From the IMG/VR virus record IMGVR_UViG_3300022915_000001, positions 9,210 through 73,209 of that record: a stretch of 64,000 nt of DNA. The stretch is one strand, 5' to 3'. How positions within the stretch are numbered: the first letter of the stretch is position 1; each line of letters begins with the position of its first letter. Origin of the DNA: a virus (Duplodnaviria; Caudoviricetes). Position numbers and translations under genes: made by a program. The notes below the pieces were generated by a model that was given only the letters and a program-made list of their open reading frames with translations, did no database searches and had not been told where the DNA came from. Positions 28,612 to 37,066 of the stretch are shown here, piece by piece.

Positions 28612-30581
28612 AGCAAACCTTTCCTGGCTAACATCGCGTCACGCAACAGAATACAGGACTCGCTGGCATTGTTTTGCTTATCGTAACGCTGCTGCGCCAG
28701 TTGGGCGATCATGATCTTCATGTTGTAGTCGTTGTCCTGCGGGTTGAGCGCGGCGATCCGGTCGATCTCCTCGCCGATAAAGATCTCGCGCGGGACCTTA
28801 CTCTCGAAGTCCTTGAACCCCATGCAGCCGTACCGGAGACTATCGGCGGGATCGTCGCCGATCGTGGTCTCGGACGAGTCGAATTTCTTCACGTCCTCGG
28901 GGTTGTTCGGGTAATCGGAAACCAGCTTGGGAATAGTTTCGATCAGGATCTGGCACTTGTCGTGGAAGCGGATGCGGGGGAGGATTTCGTCGTGCTGGCC
29001 CGCGAACTTCTCCATGTACTTCTGGTAGGCCACGATCCCGCGCGTCCTCAGGATCATGTCGCCGTAGTCGTGGTCCGGTTCGGCTTTCTTGATCAGCGGC
29101 TGGTAGCGGAACAAGCCGCGGATGAACTCCCAGCCCGCCTCGCGTGCGCTGTTGGCGCGGGTGAACCAGATGGAAGCGCCGTCCACTTCCGATTGCGCGA
29201 GGCGTTCTTCGCGCAGCCGCAGGGCGCCCTGCGGGTCGAGCTTCGACACGAGCAGTTCCTGCGGCGTGAACTCCATGATCACCGAGCTTCCCGGCCCCAG
29301 GATGCGCTGCACGCCGTAAGCGATCTGGTCCGAGATCATGTGGTCCTTGTCGCGGACTTGAAAAGCGTCCGGTGAGAGATAGCAGCGGATGCGCGGCTCC
29401 TTCATCCGCTCGAGCCGCTCGATGGAGCGCCGCGCGATCTCCGCGCCGAGCTCGTCGGCGCCCATGCCGGCGATCACCAGTTCGTCTTCGACGTGAATGC
29501 GCTTGTCGGTGGAGAGCGCGTACCAGTACACCGCGGTGTGATGCTTGTGGCCCCAGTCGCAACTCATCCAGCGGTGACACCAGGAGGGGATCGTGTGACT
29601 GGGAATGACGTGGTACGCCTCGGGGAATTCCTTGATCTCGGAGGCAATCGCGCGGGGACGGAAGTTCGGGTAGAACATGCCGGCCGAGATATCCCAGTCG
29701 CCGTCGATCCACGCCTTCCTCCTGGACTCGGGATGCGAGGGATCGTTGAGCCGGTCTGCGTAGTGCGGGTCCTGCTGCAACAACTGCGGATTGTCCTTGA
29801 GCGGCCCGTGGAGGTAGATCTTGCAGCGCCGCGAGTGCGGGTCGTAGATCGGCGTGCCATACGGGAACAGTTCGCCGTCCTCGTTGCGGCGCACCTTGAC
29901 GAACCTGGCTTTCAACCAGTGAGCGCCGGGGCCGTCAGGGTTGGCGGTGAGGAGGATCTGCGGCCTGAGCCCGGGGACCGAGGTGCGGTTCGATGAGAGG
30001 ATGGCGGCATAGAGGGCCTCGCTTTTTATCTGCTCCGCTTCCTCGATCACGATGCGGTGGTACTCATGGCCGCGATACTGCTCGAAGGACTGCTCGTCCT
30101 TGAGGTAGCCGGTGTAAATCATTGCTCCTGTCGGGAACAAGAACGACGTGGGATTTCCCTTTTTGACCGCGCCCATCAGCCGGTACATGGCCCACGCCTT
30201 TTCAATCGTCTCCTTCATCGCCTCGTTCGACAAACGAAGGAGCGTCCCCACATACTTGGGGTTGTTGACGTACCCCGCCGCCCAGGCGATCCCCGCCGCG
30301 GTCTTGCCGCCGCCTCTCGGGCCGCCGGCCAATATTTCGTCGCAGATGAACTTGATATTCGGAGGGAGCGGGGAGCGCGTGGCGGGATCGTAGAAGGTGA
30401 CGCCCTCGGGGTTACTCCAGAAGAAGATGTTCTCCTGCATTCCGGGGTTGGCCTGCCAGATCAGTTCACCGGACGGGGCGATGAACTTGGTGCGGTTGTA
30501 GGAGCCTACGCGCAGGGCCAACTGCTCGGGGGAAAGACGGACGGCTTCTTCGGGGGCGGTCGGTTTATTGGGGCGGGCCAC
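28608..30581 (-). CDS. terL: Terminase large subunit
   Basis: Walker A GGPRGGGKT, Walker B IVIEEAEQ, coupling motif LTANPDGPG, RNase H-like nuclease MSCDWGHKH and DDPADSLRY. Confidence 0.92.
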   Translation of the reverse strand: MARPNKPTAPEEAVRLSPEQLALRVGSYNRTKFIAPSGELIWQANPGMQENIFFWSNPEGVTFYDPATRSPLPPNIKFICDEILAGGPRGGGKTAAGIAWAAGYVNNPKYVGTLLRLSNEAMKETIEKAWAMYRLMGAVKKGNPTSFLFPTGAMIYTGYLKDEQSFEQYRGHEYHRIVIEEAEQIKSEALYAAILSSNRTSVPGLRPQILLTANPDGPGAHWLKARFVKVRRNEDGELFPYGTPIYDPHSRRCKIYLHGPLKDNPQLLQQDPHYADRLNDPSHPESRRKAWIDGDWDISAGMFYPNFRPRAIASEIKEFPEAYHVIPSHTIPSWCHRWMSCDWGHKHHTAVYWYALSTDKRIHVEDELVIAGMGADELGAEIARRSIERLERMKEPRIRCYLSPDAFQVRDKDHMISDQIAYGVQRILGPGSSVIMEFTPQELLVSKLDPQGALRLREERLAQSEVDGASIWFTRANSAREAGWEFIRGLFRYQPLIKKAEPDHDYGDMILRTRGIVAYQKYMEKFAGQHDEILPRIRFHDKCQILIETIPKLVSDYPNNPEDVKKFDSSETTIGDDPADSLRYGCMGFKDFESKVPREIFIGEEIDRIAALNPQDNDYNMKIMIAQLAQQRYDKQNNASESCILLRDAMLARKGLL

Positions 30582-30606
30582 TTACAAGGGAGTATAAGAC
30601 CAACGA

Positions 30607-30640
30607 CGCGGCACTCGGTCGTCCGAACGCGAGTGCCGCG
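30607..30640 (-). promoter_or_regulatory. 11-bp stem hairpin in the terL leader, resembling hairpin 1 of the small-gene repeats
   Basis: CGCGGCACTCG-N12-CGAGTGCCGCG. Confidence 0.55.
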
Positions 30641-30689
30641 CCTCGTATCTGTTGGCCCTGACCGGAAGGAACCTTACCGGCAGGAATCG

Positions 30690-30902
30690 TTACGCCGTGG
30701 CTTCCACGTCTGCCTCGGGCGGCGGCGGCAGCGGATACTTGAGCATCCAGTTGTCGATGAGGACGGCGGTCTGGAGAGCACCAATGTAGGCGGCTTCCCT
30801 CACCTCAAGGAGGAAGGTGTGCAACTCTTCCAGCGTGGGCGGCGGCAGGACTTCGCGTTCTTCGACAGTCACAGTTTCTTCAGGCATGTTAGGCAACTCC
30901 AA
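30690..30902 (-). CDS. Hypothetical protein, 70 aa
   Basis: ORF track; protein-like. Confidence 0.5.
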   Translation of the reverse strand: MELPNMPEETVTVEEREVLPPPTLEELHTFLLEVREAAYIGALQTAVLIDNWMLKYPLPPPPEADVEATA

Positions 30903-31584
30903 ACTTATACGGAGGAATCAAGGCGAGCGCGGCGGCTCCGGCAGGCGGATGCTTGCCGTAGGTAACGTCGAGCACCATGTTAGAATCGCCGCCGGTCAGC
31001 GTGCCGCCTACCATGACGAGCATCAGCGGCAGATCAGGCTGGAGCGCGATGCCGGGGAGCGCGGTAAACGCCGCCGTCGAACTCGCCGAACCCAGCATGA
31101 ATCCGCACGAGAGGTCCTCGGACACCACCACGTCGCCGATCTTCATCTGAAGCGCGGCCACGCCGCCCGCATCGACATACGGGAGCGTGCCGAATGTGAA
31201 GGTGACCGCGCACCCGCGGAATTCGAGCGCACTGCCGGCGGGGAACAGCGGCACTACTTCCTTGGGCGTCGTCGAGAGCGTGAGGATCGAGGCCGAACTG
31301 ATCGAATTGTTCATGACCGTATCGGGCGGCGGCTCGGCTTCCCCGCCGCCTTCGGGGATGCCATCCGGATAATAGTGGAGGGCGAACTCGTCGACGATTT
31401 CGACGACGCGCCGCGCACTCAAAGGAGCGATGCGCCGAATGGCCGTCAGCAGGGCGCCAATCTGGATGGCGGTCGGAGGGTCGACCACGAGCGGAGTAAT
31501 TTCGGGGATCTGCTCGGGGGGCGGCTCTAATCCCCGGTATTCTTCTTGGATTGGGGCGTCCTGGACTGGTGTGTCGTAGGGCAT
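30889..31584 (-). CDS. Hypothetical protein, 231 aa
   Basis: ORF track; beta-rich C-terminal domain. Confidence 0.6.
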   Translation of the reverse strand: MPYDTPVQDAPIQEEYRGLEPPPEQIPEITPLVVDPPTAIQIGALLTAIRRIAPLSARRVVEIVDEFALHYYPDGIPEGGGEAEPPPDTVMNNSISSASILTLSTTPKEVVPLFPAGSALEFRGCAVTFTFGTLPYVDAGGVAALQMKIGDVVVSEDLSCGFMLGSASSTAAFTALPGIALQPDLPLMLVMVGGTLTGGDSNMVLDVTYGKHPPAGAAALALIPPYKFGVA

Positions 31585-31871
31585 TCTGGCTCCTTCGAAG
31601 AAATACTACCATCCGCGAGGAGCGCCCTCACTTCTTTCAAGTCTTCCAGGTAGAGAGCCGACACATGCGGGCCGATCGAGTTGCAGACCGAATGGAACCG
31701 CGCGTTGAGCACGAAGAGCGCGTTGCGCAACCGCTCCACCTGATCGCGCTCCTTGCCGATCGCCTTCTGGAGCTCAATGTTGGCGCGCACCGCCATCCGT
31801 TCGCTGTGCTTCATCTCGTCGTAGCGGTCGCGCCACTCGGCGATCTGCATGTCGGCCCCGTTGGTTTTCAT
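31527..31871 (-). CDS. Coiled-coil hypothetical protein
   Basis: Start MKTNGADMQIAEW overlaps the upstream stop. Confidence 0.5.
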   Translation of the reverse strand: MKTNGADMQIAEWRDRYDEMKHSERMAVRANIELQKAIGKERDQVERLRNALFVLNARFHSVCNSIGPHVSALYLEDLKEVRALLADGSISSKEPECPTTHQSRTPQSKKNTGD

Positions 31872-32374
31872 AGGAACTTCGCCTTTCCGCAGGGCCCGCA
31901 CCAGCGCATCTGCCCGCACGGCGAGCCGCACTCGCGGCACTGGTTCTGCGCGACGATGGGTTCGTCGTACTCCTTGGACTCGGCGGTCACGATGCGGTCG
32001 ACCCGGCGCTGGGCGTCCTCAAACGAGTTGGCCTTCATCCAGTGGCGGAAGATTTCTACCGGCGGGCAGCGGTAGCACCAGCCCACGCCGTCCAGGTGCG
32101 CGATCTCGAAGCCGCGGTACTTGAGGACATTGGGGAGCGAGTTGGCCTTGGCCAGCGCGGCGTTGTACCGCGCCTCGCGCTGTTCCCGCGCCGAGCACGA
32201 AAGGCAGAAGATATACCCGTCCGCGATGAAGCGGTGGCGCTGGCCCGCGCAGTTGGGGCATTTCTCGTAGGCCCAGACGCCGGGATTGCCGAACTGGACG
32301 ACGTTCCTGGCGATCTCGATTTCCTCGGGCTTGATGCCAAGCTGCTCCAGGAACTTCCGGTCGCTGGCGGTCAT
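31868..32374 (-). CDS. Cys-rich zinc-finger hypothetical protein
   Basis: CPNC...CLSC and CREC...CGPC pairs; start MTASDRKFL. Confidence 0.6.
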   Translation of the reverse strand: MTASDRKFLEQLGIKPEEIEIARNVVQFGNPGVWAYEKCPNCAGQRHRFIADGYIFCLSCSAREQREARYNAALAKANSLPNVLKYRGFEIAHLDGVGWCYRCPPVEIFRHWMKANSFEDAQRRVDRIVTAESKEYDEPIVAQNQCRECGSPCGQMRWCGPCGKAKFL

Positions 32375-32715
32375 CACTGCACCTTGGAATGGTCGACGAT
32401 CTCGTTTTCGTGCGTGTGCTCGCACACTTTCAGGAGCGCCTGGATTTCCACCAGCGTGTCGCGCTCGCACTCCAGGTACATGAAGTAGGCGGGCGTGACC
32501 GGCAGGAGGCGCATGATGTCCGACACCTTGCCGATGGTGCGGACCATGAAGTGGAGGTACTCCTCGGCTTGGCAGGCGGTGCGGCACTCGCGGTTGATGT
32601 ACGGCTCCAGCATGTCCCTGAGTTGGCACAGCCCGTTGATGAACATGCCGGCGGTCGCGATGACCTGTTCATGGGTCAGCTTGATCGTGTGCAGGACGGG
32701 CGGGGCCTCTTCCAC
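32374..32715 (-). CDS. Hypothetical protein, 113 aa
   Basis: GAGGTGAA SD and GTG start. Confidence 0.6.
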   Translation of the reverse strand: MEEAPPVLHTIKLTHEQVIATAGMFINGLCQLRDMLEPYINRECRTACQAEEYLHFMVRTIGKVSDIMRLLPVTPAYFMYLECERDTLVEIQALLKVCEHTHENEIVDHSKVQ

Positions 32716-32831
32716 GTTTCACCTCAGAAAATCCACCGCGAATGGGACGGCCGGCGCTGCGCGGCATTGGCGATGGTGCGCTGGCGCCGGCCTCATCGAG
32801 GTGAAGTCGACAATTTGAGCGTAACACGCCC

Positions 32832-32860
32832 TTGCCGCTTTGCGCAAAAGAAAGTAAGAT
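32832..32860 (+). promoter_or_regulatory. Sigma70-like promoter
   Basis: TTGCCG-17-TAAGAT upstream of the 32876 ORF. Confidence 0.5.
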
Positions 32861-32875
32861 CCCTTAGAGGGGGCC

Positions 32876-33127
32876 ATGTCAGAGCACTGTCCCGGCTGTA
32901 GGAACTCGGACCCGACTCCGCAGGGCGTCGACCCATTGGGAGTGATGAAGAAGCAGGAAATCGAATTCCGCGATAGCGCGGGACCGGCGAGCGAAGAACT
33001 CTTGTTCAATCCGAGCCACGGGACCATGTCGAAGACGATGGAGCATATCGGACTCGCGCAACTCAAGCAACTCAAGGCGATGATGCGGTTTCAGGAGTTC
33101 CTCAAAGCGAAGGAGAAAAAAGGATAA
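32876..33127 (+). CDS. Hypothetical protein, 83 aa
   Basis: SD AGAGGGGG, ATG, upstream promoter. Confidence 0.55.
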   Translation: MSEHCPGCRNSDPTPQGVDPLGVMKKQEIEFRDSAGPASEELLFNPSHGTMSKTMEHIGLAQLKQLKAMMRFQEFLKAKEKKG

Positions 33128-33130
33128 AAA

Positions 33131-33307
33131 ATGAAGTGGCTCTGGTGGACCAGGCTCGGTTGCAGGATCTTCGGCCACTTCCCGGCGTTCGCGTCGGTGA
33201 CGGCCCCCGGTAACCACTGCATGTCCTGCAAAGCGCCCATGCTCTGGAACCCCGGCACGGAAGTGTGGGACGTAACGCTGCCCCAGGAGGGCGGCTCTTT
33301 CAAGTAA
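33131..33307 (+). CDS. Small hypothetical protein, 58 aa
   Basis: Hand translation MKWLWWTRLGCRIFGHFP...; SD AGGA. Confidence 0.45.
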   Translation: MKWLWWTRLGCRIFGHFPAFASVTAPGNHCMSCKAPMLWNPGTEVWDVTLPQEGGSFK

Positions 33308-33571
33308 ATGATCACCAACCTCACCTGTCCCCGGTGCGGCGAGGAAGCGGTCACGCTGATTCCGGGGACCAGCGAATTCTCGTGCGTCGAGTGCTGCGCC
33401 TCGGGGCGGGCCGGCGCTTTGCCGCCGCACGCCGTCTTCGGGATGCGCAACCAGTACCAACTGATCAGGAGGAAGCTATGCAAGTCTTCGGCGCCATCGA
33501 TGTTAAAACCGTCTACACTGAGCAGCCCAACGGCTCGGAATGGCGCGTGGAACTCTCCTCGCCGCCGGTAA
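33308..33571 (+). CDS. Zinc-ribbon hypothetical protein
   Basis: CPRC...CVEC; starts directly after the previous stop. Confidence 0.45.
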   Translation: MITNLTCPRCGEEAVTLIPGTSEFSCVECCASGRAGALPPHAVFGMRNQYQLIRRKLCKSSAPSMLKPSTLSSPTARNGAWNSPRRR

Positions 33572-33687
33572 ACCTGTCCCTGAACGAAGCGCGGGACTTC
33601 GCCAAGATCCTGCGTCTCCTCTGCGACGATCCCTCGTCGATGCACCGCTCCGAACCCGATCCCACCTTCTGCGAGACGCCGGTATGA
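33478..33687 (+). CDS. Hypothetical protein, 69 aa
   Basis: SD AGGAGG before the ATG. Confidence 0.5.
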   Translation: MQVFGAIDVKTVYTEQPNGSEWRVELSSPPVNLSLNEARDFAKILRLLCDDPSSMHRSEPDPTFCETPV

Positions 33688-33953
33688 GCTTCGTCCTGCA
33701 CTACAACACGGCCATCACCGAGGTGTCGATGCCCTTTGAGACCGTCGAGGAGGCCCTCGAATACCTCGCCCACGCCATCCCGCGCAAGATCAAGGAAGAG
33801 TACTCCAACCAGGTCTCGGGCCTTTCGATCCCCTCGCCGCGGATCATCGAGGACACGATCCTCATCATCGAAAAAGGGATGCCGCGCGAGAACCAGATGA
33901 TCGCCATTCGCCTGGAGCGGGTCAAGTGGGCCCGGGACGACGTGAAGGTATGA
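33684..33953 (+). CDS. Hypothetical protein, 89 aa
   Basis: ATGA overlap with the previous gene. Confidence 0.55.
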   Translation: MSFVLHYNTAITEVSMPFETVEEALEYLAHAIPRKIKEEYSNQVSGLSIPSPRIIEDTILIIEKGMPRENQMIAIRLERVKWARDDVKV

Positions 33954-34387
33954 GCGAGGACTTCTGCCGGCACATAAACGTGACCGAGGAAGGATACTGC
34001 ACCGAATGCGGCGTCCTCGCCCGCGTCCGGTTCCCCCTGGAGAAGAGAAAACCCATGTCCTCAGAAATCAGCTACGCCGTCGAAACCTTCGAGGAGGCTT
34101 GCGACGAGGCCATTGCCAAAATCGGCGAAGAGAACGCCTACCGCATTCTCTGCCAGCGCAAGGAACGCGCCCAGATCATCTTGAGGATGGCCCCCAAGGA
34201 GAAAAACGTCCTCGGCGGCCGCTACTCCAAAGATCCGGGGGATCTGCCCGACTTTAGCCGCCAGATGCGCGGCGTGAGCGAGCAGGAAGCCGCGCACGCC
34301 AAGGCAGAGGCCGAGCGCCAGCAGTACGCCGAGGACATGCAGCACGCCGAGGATATCAAGGCCCTCAACAAGTCAATGGGCCTGTAG
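33950..34387 (+). CDS. Hypothetical protein
   Basis: ATGA overlap; protein-like composition. Confidence 0.55.
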   Translation: MSEDFCRHINVTEEGYCTECGVLARVRFPLEKRKPMSSEISYAVETFEEACDEAIAKIGEENAYRILCQRKERAQIILRMAPKEKNVLGGRYSKDPGDLPDFSRQMRGVSEQEAAHAKAEAERQQYAEDMQHAEDIKALNKSMGL

Positions 34388-34669
34388 TGGACGTTTTCCT
34401 CACCGCCCTCTTCTTCTTCCTGCTCCTGAACCTGCTCGCGCTCGCGCCCGACTGGCGCGTTCTCTGGCGCAAGTGGCGGTCGCGGTGGAAGCCGCCGCGC
34501 TAATCGCCGAACAGGGCCACGCGGATGACCGGGGCGTTCTCGAGTCCTGCGTCCACGTCGATCGGGAAGAGCGGAATGTCGTCCACGTCGTCGAGGTTCT
34601 GGATCGAGACCGGCTGGTCCCCGTACAGTTCCATGTGGCGCTGGAGCGCGGCGATCAACTCCGAGATAT

Positions 34670-34906
34670 TCACGGGGCGAGCACCAGTTCCATGCCGCGC
34701 TTGGTGGCGCGGCTCAGTTCAAGCCTGATATCGGCTTCCTGAAGGACGAGGGCCAGGATGACGCCCATCACCGGCCCCGTCTTCTTGTCTTCGAGCGGCA
34801 CGCGCACCCAGACCGTGCGCTCCGCTTCGTCGATCCCGGTCTCGTAGTGCAAACCCGACAGGTCGACGGCTTCCTTCACCTTCCAGAGGCGCTCACTCAT
34901 CGTCAT
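34670..34906 (-). CDS. Hypothetical protein, 78 aa
   Basis: Start overlaps the stop of the MTase alpha ORF (ATGA). Confidence 0.55.
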   Translation of the reverse strand: MTMSERLWKVKEAVDLSGLHYETGIDEAERTVWVRVPLEDKKTGPVMGVILALVLQEADIRLELSRATKRGMELVLAP

Positions 34907-36860
34907 CGTCTGGCTCCTTCCTCATCTTCTTCGATCCAGGCGCGGAGGAACCACGCCGCCTGCTCGGCATTGATCGCATCGCCCGCACCGCGCAGTCCCA
35001 GAACACGGTAGGCAAGCCTTGGAGCCAGAGGGAAAAGGCTGGGTGCAGTTGGCCGGAGGCTGGGACCGTCGCCCACCCGCTGCGGCCGCGTAAGAACCCA
35101 GTCGGCCCCGGCCCAGAATCCGTTGACGGGGCCGGCCACTGGCACACCTCCTGCGTCACGCGCGACGAGTCGTTGTTCCCGGCGGCGTTGTAGCCCTTCT
35201 GCGACGGCGTCCCCGCCATCGGCGTCGGCCACCCCGTCAACTGCGCTTCGCGGCCCAGGTACGTCGACTCGCTCACGCTCGAATCGTGCTCCCGCGGCGA
35301 GTGGGGCGTCGGCCACCCCGTCAGGCGCGTCTGGTCGATCAGCGTCCAGCCGTCGTGGTGCTCCGACTCCGGGTCGAAGCGGGTGCACGTCGCGTTGGCC
35401 GCGTTGGTCGAGTCCCGCATCGTCGGGGTCGCCCAGCCAGCGAGTTTGGCCTGGTTCTCCAGCCCAATCTGCGCCTTCGAGCCATCCGCTTTCTTGCCGA
35501 TATCCTCGGCGTTCCCGCTGATCCTGCCCCCATTCGGCGTATTCGGGGTCGCCCAGCCCGTCAGCATCACCTCGTCGTTCAGGTTCATCATCCCGTGGCC
35601 CTCTTTGACCTTCGCCGCCACGTATTCCGGTGTGTGCGCCGGGAAGTGGTCCCGCTTCTGCGGCGTCGACCATCCCGCCAGCCTCGTCTGGGAAGTCAGC
35701 GTATCCGAAACGCCCCGGTCGATCCGCTCCCCCGAGCTCTCGCCGTCCTCGCGGGTCGGAGTCGCCCATCCCGCCAACGTCGCCACCTCCGACAACGGGC
35801 GCGAGTTGTGGTCGAGCGGCACGCCCCCCGTCTCCCCGCTCTTCCAGTCCCTGGACTGCGGAGAGGGCCACCCCGTCAGGTGCGCCGTCACCGCCAGCGA
35901 CGAGCACCTGTCTTCCCTCTGGGCTTCCCTCTCCATCCCGTCCACCGTCAGCCGCGATTTGTTGTCGTCGGCTCCCTGCGGCGTCGGCCACCCCGCCAGC
36001 GTCACCGCCCCGTCCAAATCCATCCCCCCCTCGTGCCGCTCGGTCGGCGGCTTCACGTTGATCCCGCCCCCCGGCAGCGTCGGCGTGGGCCACCCCGCAA
36101 GCTGGGCAAAGTTCCGCAGCCGCTGGTCGGTCGTCTTCATCTCGTCGGTCCCCACCCGCGCCTCGGCCAAGGGGCCGTCCCGCTTGTGGTCCTCGGTCGT
36201 CGGCGTCGGCCACCCTGCGAGCATGGCAAAATCCCTCAAATCGCTCGAGTGATCCGGGTCGCCCGCCCTGTGCGCCCTGCCCCCGCCCGATCCCTCCGAG
36301 GCGTTCGGCGTCGGCCACCCCGCCAACTGCGAAACCACTCCCAGGTCCGTCAGCGAGATCCCCATCTCCGATCCCCGCTCCACGCTCCTCCGCTTCCGGT
36401 CCAAAAACGCCTCGGGGGAGCCGTTCGCCGGTTGGGCGCAGGGCGTAGGCCAGCCCTGCTCCCCAATAGAGCCGCTGGCGGAGATGCGGCGCCCCCGCCC
36501 CCGCTGCGCAGGTATCGAGAACCCCGATGGTGTAATCCGCTGCGTCCAGGTCAGTTCGTACAAGGTCGAGCCAGCCGAGGCCGTCAATCGACGATACCTG
36601 CTCCCCAAAGACGCAGACAGGTCTTCGTGCTTCGATGAGACGAAAGAAGTCTGGCCAAAGATGGCGCGGATCGTTTTCCGCTTCCCTTTTTCCCGCCGCT
36701 GAGAACGGGCCGCAGGGGCAGCTTCCGGTCCAGCAGGGGAAATCGTCGCTGAAGCCGGCCCGCCTGAGGGCGTAGCTCCAGACTCCGATCCCGGCGAAGA
36801 AGTGGCACTGGGTATATCCGTCGAGATCTCCCGGTTGAACAAGCTGAATTGGCCGCTCAT
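34893..36860 (-). CDS. Overlapping-frame MTase partner (beta frame) with 12 GW(P/A/S)(T/S)P modules and a motif IX-like end
   Basis: 655-aa ORF lying almost wholly within the alpha gene, with 12 repeats and a C-terminal GQLHPAFSLWLQGLP. Its ATG overlaps the TGA of ORF 36857-37066. Confidence 0.8.
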   Translation of the reverse strand: MSGQFSLFNREISTDIPSATSSPGSESGATPSGGPASATISPAGPEAAPAARSQRREKGKRKTIRAIFGQTSFVSSKHEDLSASLGSRYRRLTASAGSTLYELTWTQRITPSGFSIPAQRGRGRRISASGSIGEQGWPTPCAQPANGSPEAFLDRKRRSVERGSEMGISLTDLGVVSQLAGWPTPNASEGSGGGRAHRAGDPDHSSDLRDFAMLAGWPTPTTEDHKRDGPLAEARVGTDEMKTTDQRLRNFAQLAGWPTPTLPGGGINVKPPTERHEGGMDLDGAVTLAGWPTPQGADDNKSRLTVDGMEREAQREDRCSSLAVTAHLTGWPSPQSRDWKSGETGGVPLDHNSRPLSEVATLAGWATPTREDGESSGERIDRGVSDTLTSQTRLAGWSTPQKRDHFPAHTPEYVAAKVKEGHGMMNLNDEVMLTGWATPNTPNGGRISGNAEDIGKKADGSKAQIGLENQAKLAGWATPTMRDSTNAANATCTRFDPESEHHDGWTLIDQTRLTGWPTPHSPREHDSSVSESTYLGREAQLTGWPTPMAGTPSQKGYNAAGNNDSSRVTQEVCQWPAPSTDSGPGPTGFLRGRSGWATVPASGQLHPAFSLWLQGLPTVFWDCAVRAMRSMPSRRRGSSAPGSKKMRKEPDDDDE

Positions 36861-36948
36861 CGACCACCCCGCGAGCGATCACGTCCGCTTTCATCAGTTC
36901 CCGCAGCCACGCCGCTTTCTGAGAGTCGATCTCGTTGTAGTAAACCAA
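34903..36948 (-). CDS. C5 DNA cytosine methyltransferase, catalytic (alpha) frame
   Basis: YYNEID, HFFAGIG (motif I), GSCPCGPFS (motif IV, catalytic PC), GEQV (VI), APHLRQRLYW (VIII), and C-terminal LRGAGDAI (motif X). Confidence 0.85.
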   Translation of the reverse strand: MVYYNEIDSQKAAWLRELMKADVIARGVVDERPIQLVQPGDLDGYTQCHFFAGIGVWSYALRRAGFSDDFPCWTGSCPCGPFSAAGKREAENDPRHLWPDFFRLIEARRPVCVFGEQVSSIDGLGWLDLVRTDLDAADYTIGVLDTCAAGAGAPHLRQRLYWGAGLAYALRPTGERLPRGVFGPEAEERGAGIGDGDLADGPGSGFAVGGVADAERLGGIGRGQGAQGGRPGSLERFEGFCHARRVADADDRGPQAGRPLGRGAGGDRRDEDDRPAAAELCPACGVAHADAAGGRDQREAADRAARGGDGFGRGGDAGGVADAAGSRRQQIAADGGRDGEGSPEGRQVLVAGGDGAPDGVALSAVQGLEERGDGGRAARPQLAPVVGGGDVGGMGDSDPRGRRELGGADRPGRFGYADFPDEAGGMVDAAEAGPLPGAHTGIRGGEGQRGPRDDEPERRGDADGLGDPEYAEWGQDQRERRGYRQESGWLEGADWAGEPGQTRWLGDPDDAGLDQRGQRDVHPLRPGVGAPRRLDADRPDAPDGVADAPLAAGARFERERVDVPGPRSAVDGVADADGGDAVAEGLQRRREQRLVARDAGGVPVAGPVNGFWAGADWVLTRPQRVGDGPSLRPTAPSLFPLAPRLAYRVLGLRGAGDAINAEQAAWFLRAWIEEDEEGARR
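35140..36460. repeat. Coding array of 12 conserved anchors of about 16 nt (cgtcggccaccccg-like) separated by unique in-frame spacers
   Basis: Anchors at about 35224, 35307, 35427, 35547, 35665, 35761, 35865, 35982, 36084, 36204, 36309 and 36444. Confidence 0.85.
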
Positions 36949-37066
36949 GTCCCTTCACCAGCTTCCTTTGCTGCTCCATCGCCTCGCGGAATATCTCCCG
37001 CGCCACCTCTTCCGCCGCCCGTTTGAACCGCTCCTGGCGCTCGGTCAACTCAACTGCCTTCTTCAC
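36857..37066 (-). CDS. Small ORF overlapping the MTase alpha start and coupled to the beta ATG
   Basis: MKKAVELTERQERFKRAAEEVARE...; its TGA (36857-36859) overlaps the ATG at 36858-36860. Confidence 0.5.
   Translation of the reverse strand: MKKAVELTERQERFKRAAEEVAREIFREAMEQQRKLVKGLGLLQRDRLSESGVAAGTDESGRDRSRGGR

Noticed and set aside
35140-36460. Repeat-spacer pattern resembling a CRISPR array
   Set aside because: The repeats are degenerate, spacers are long and variable, all units keep two reading frames open and encode GWPTP, and no cas genes are present.
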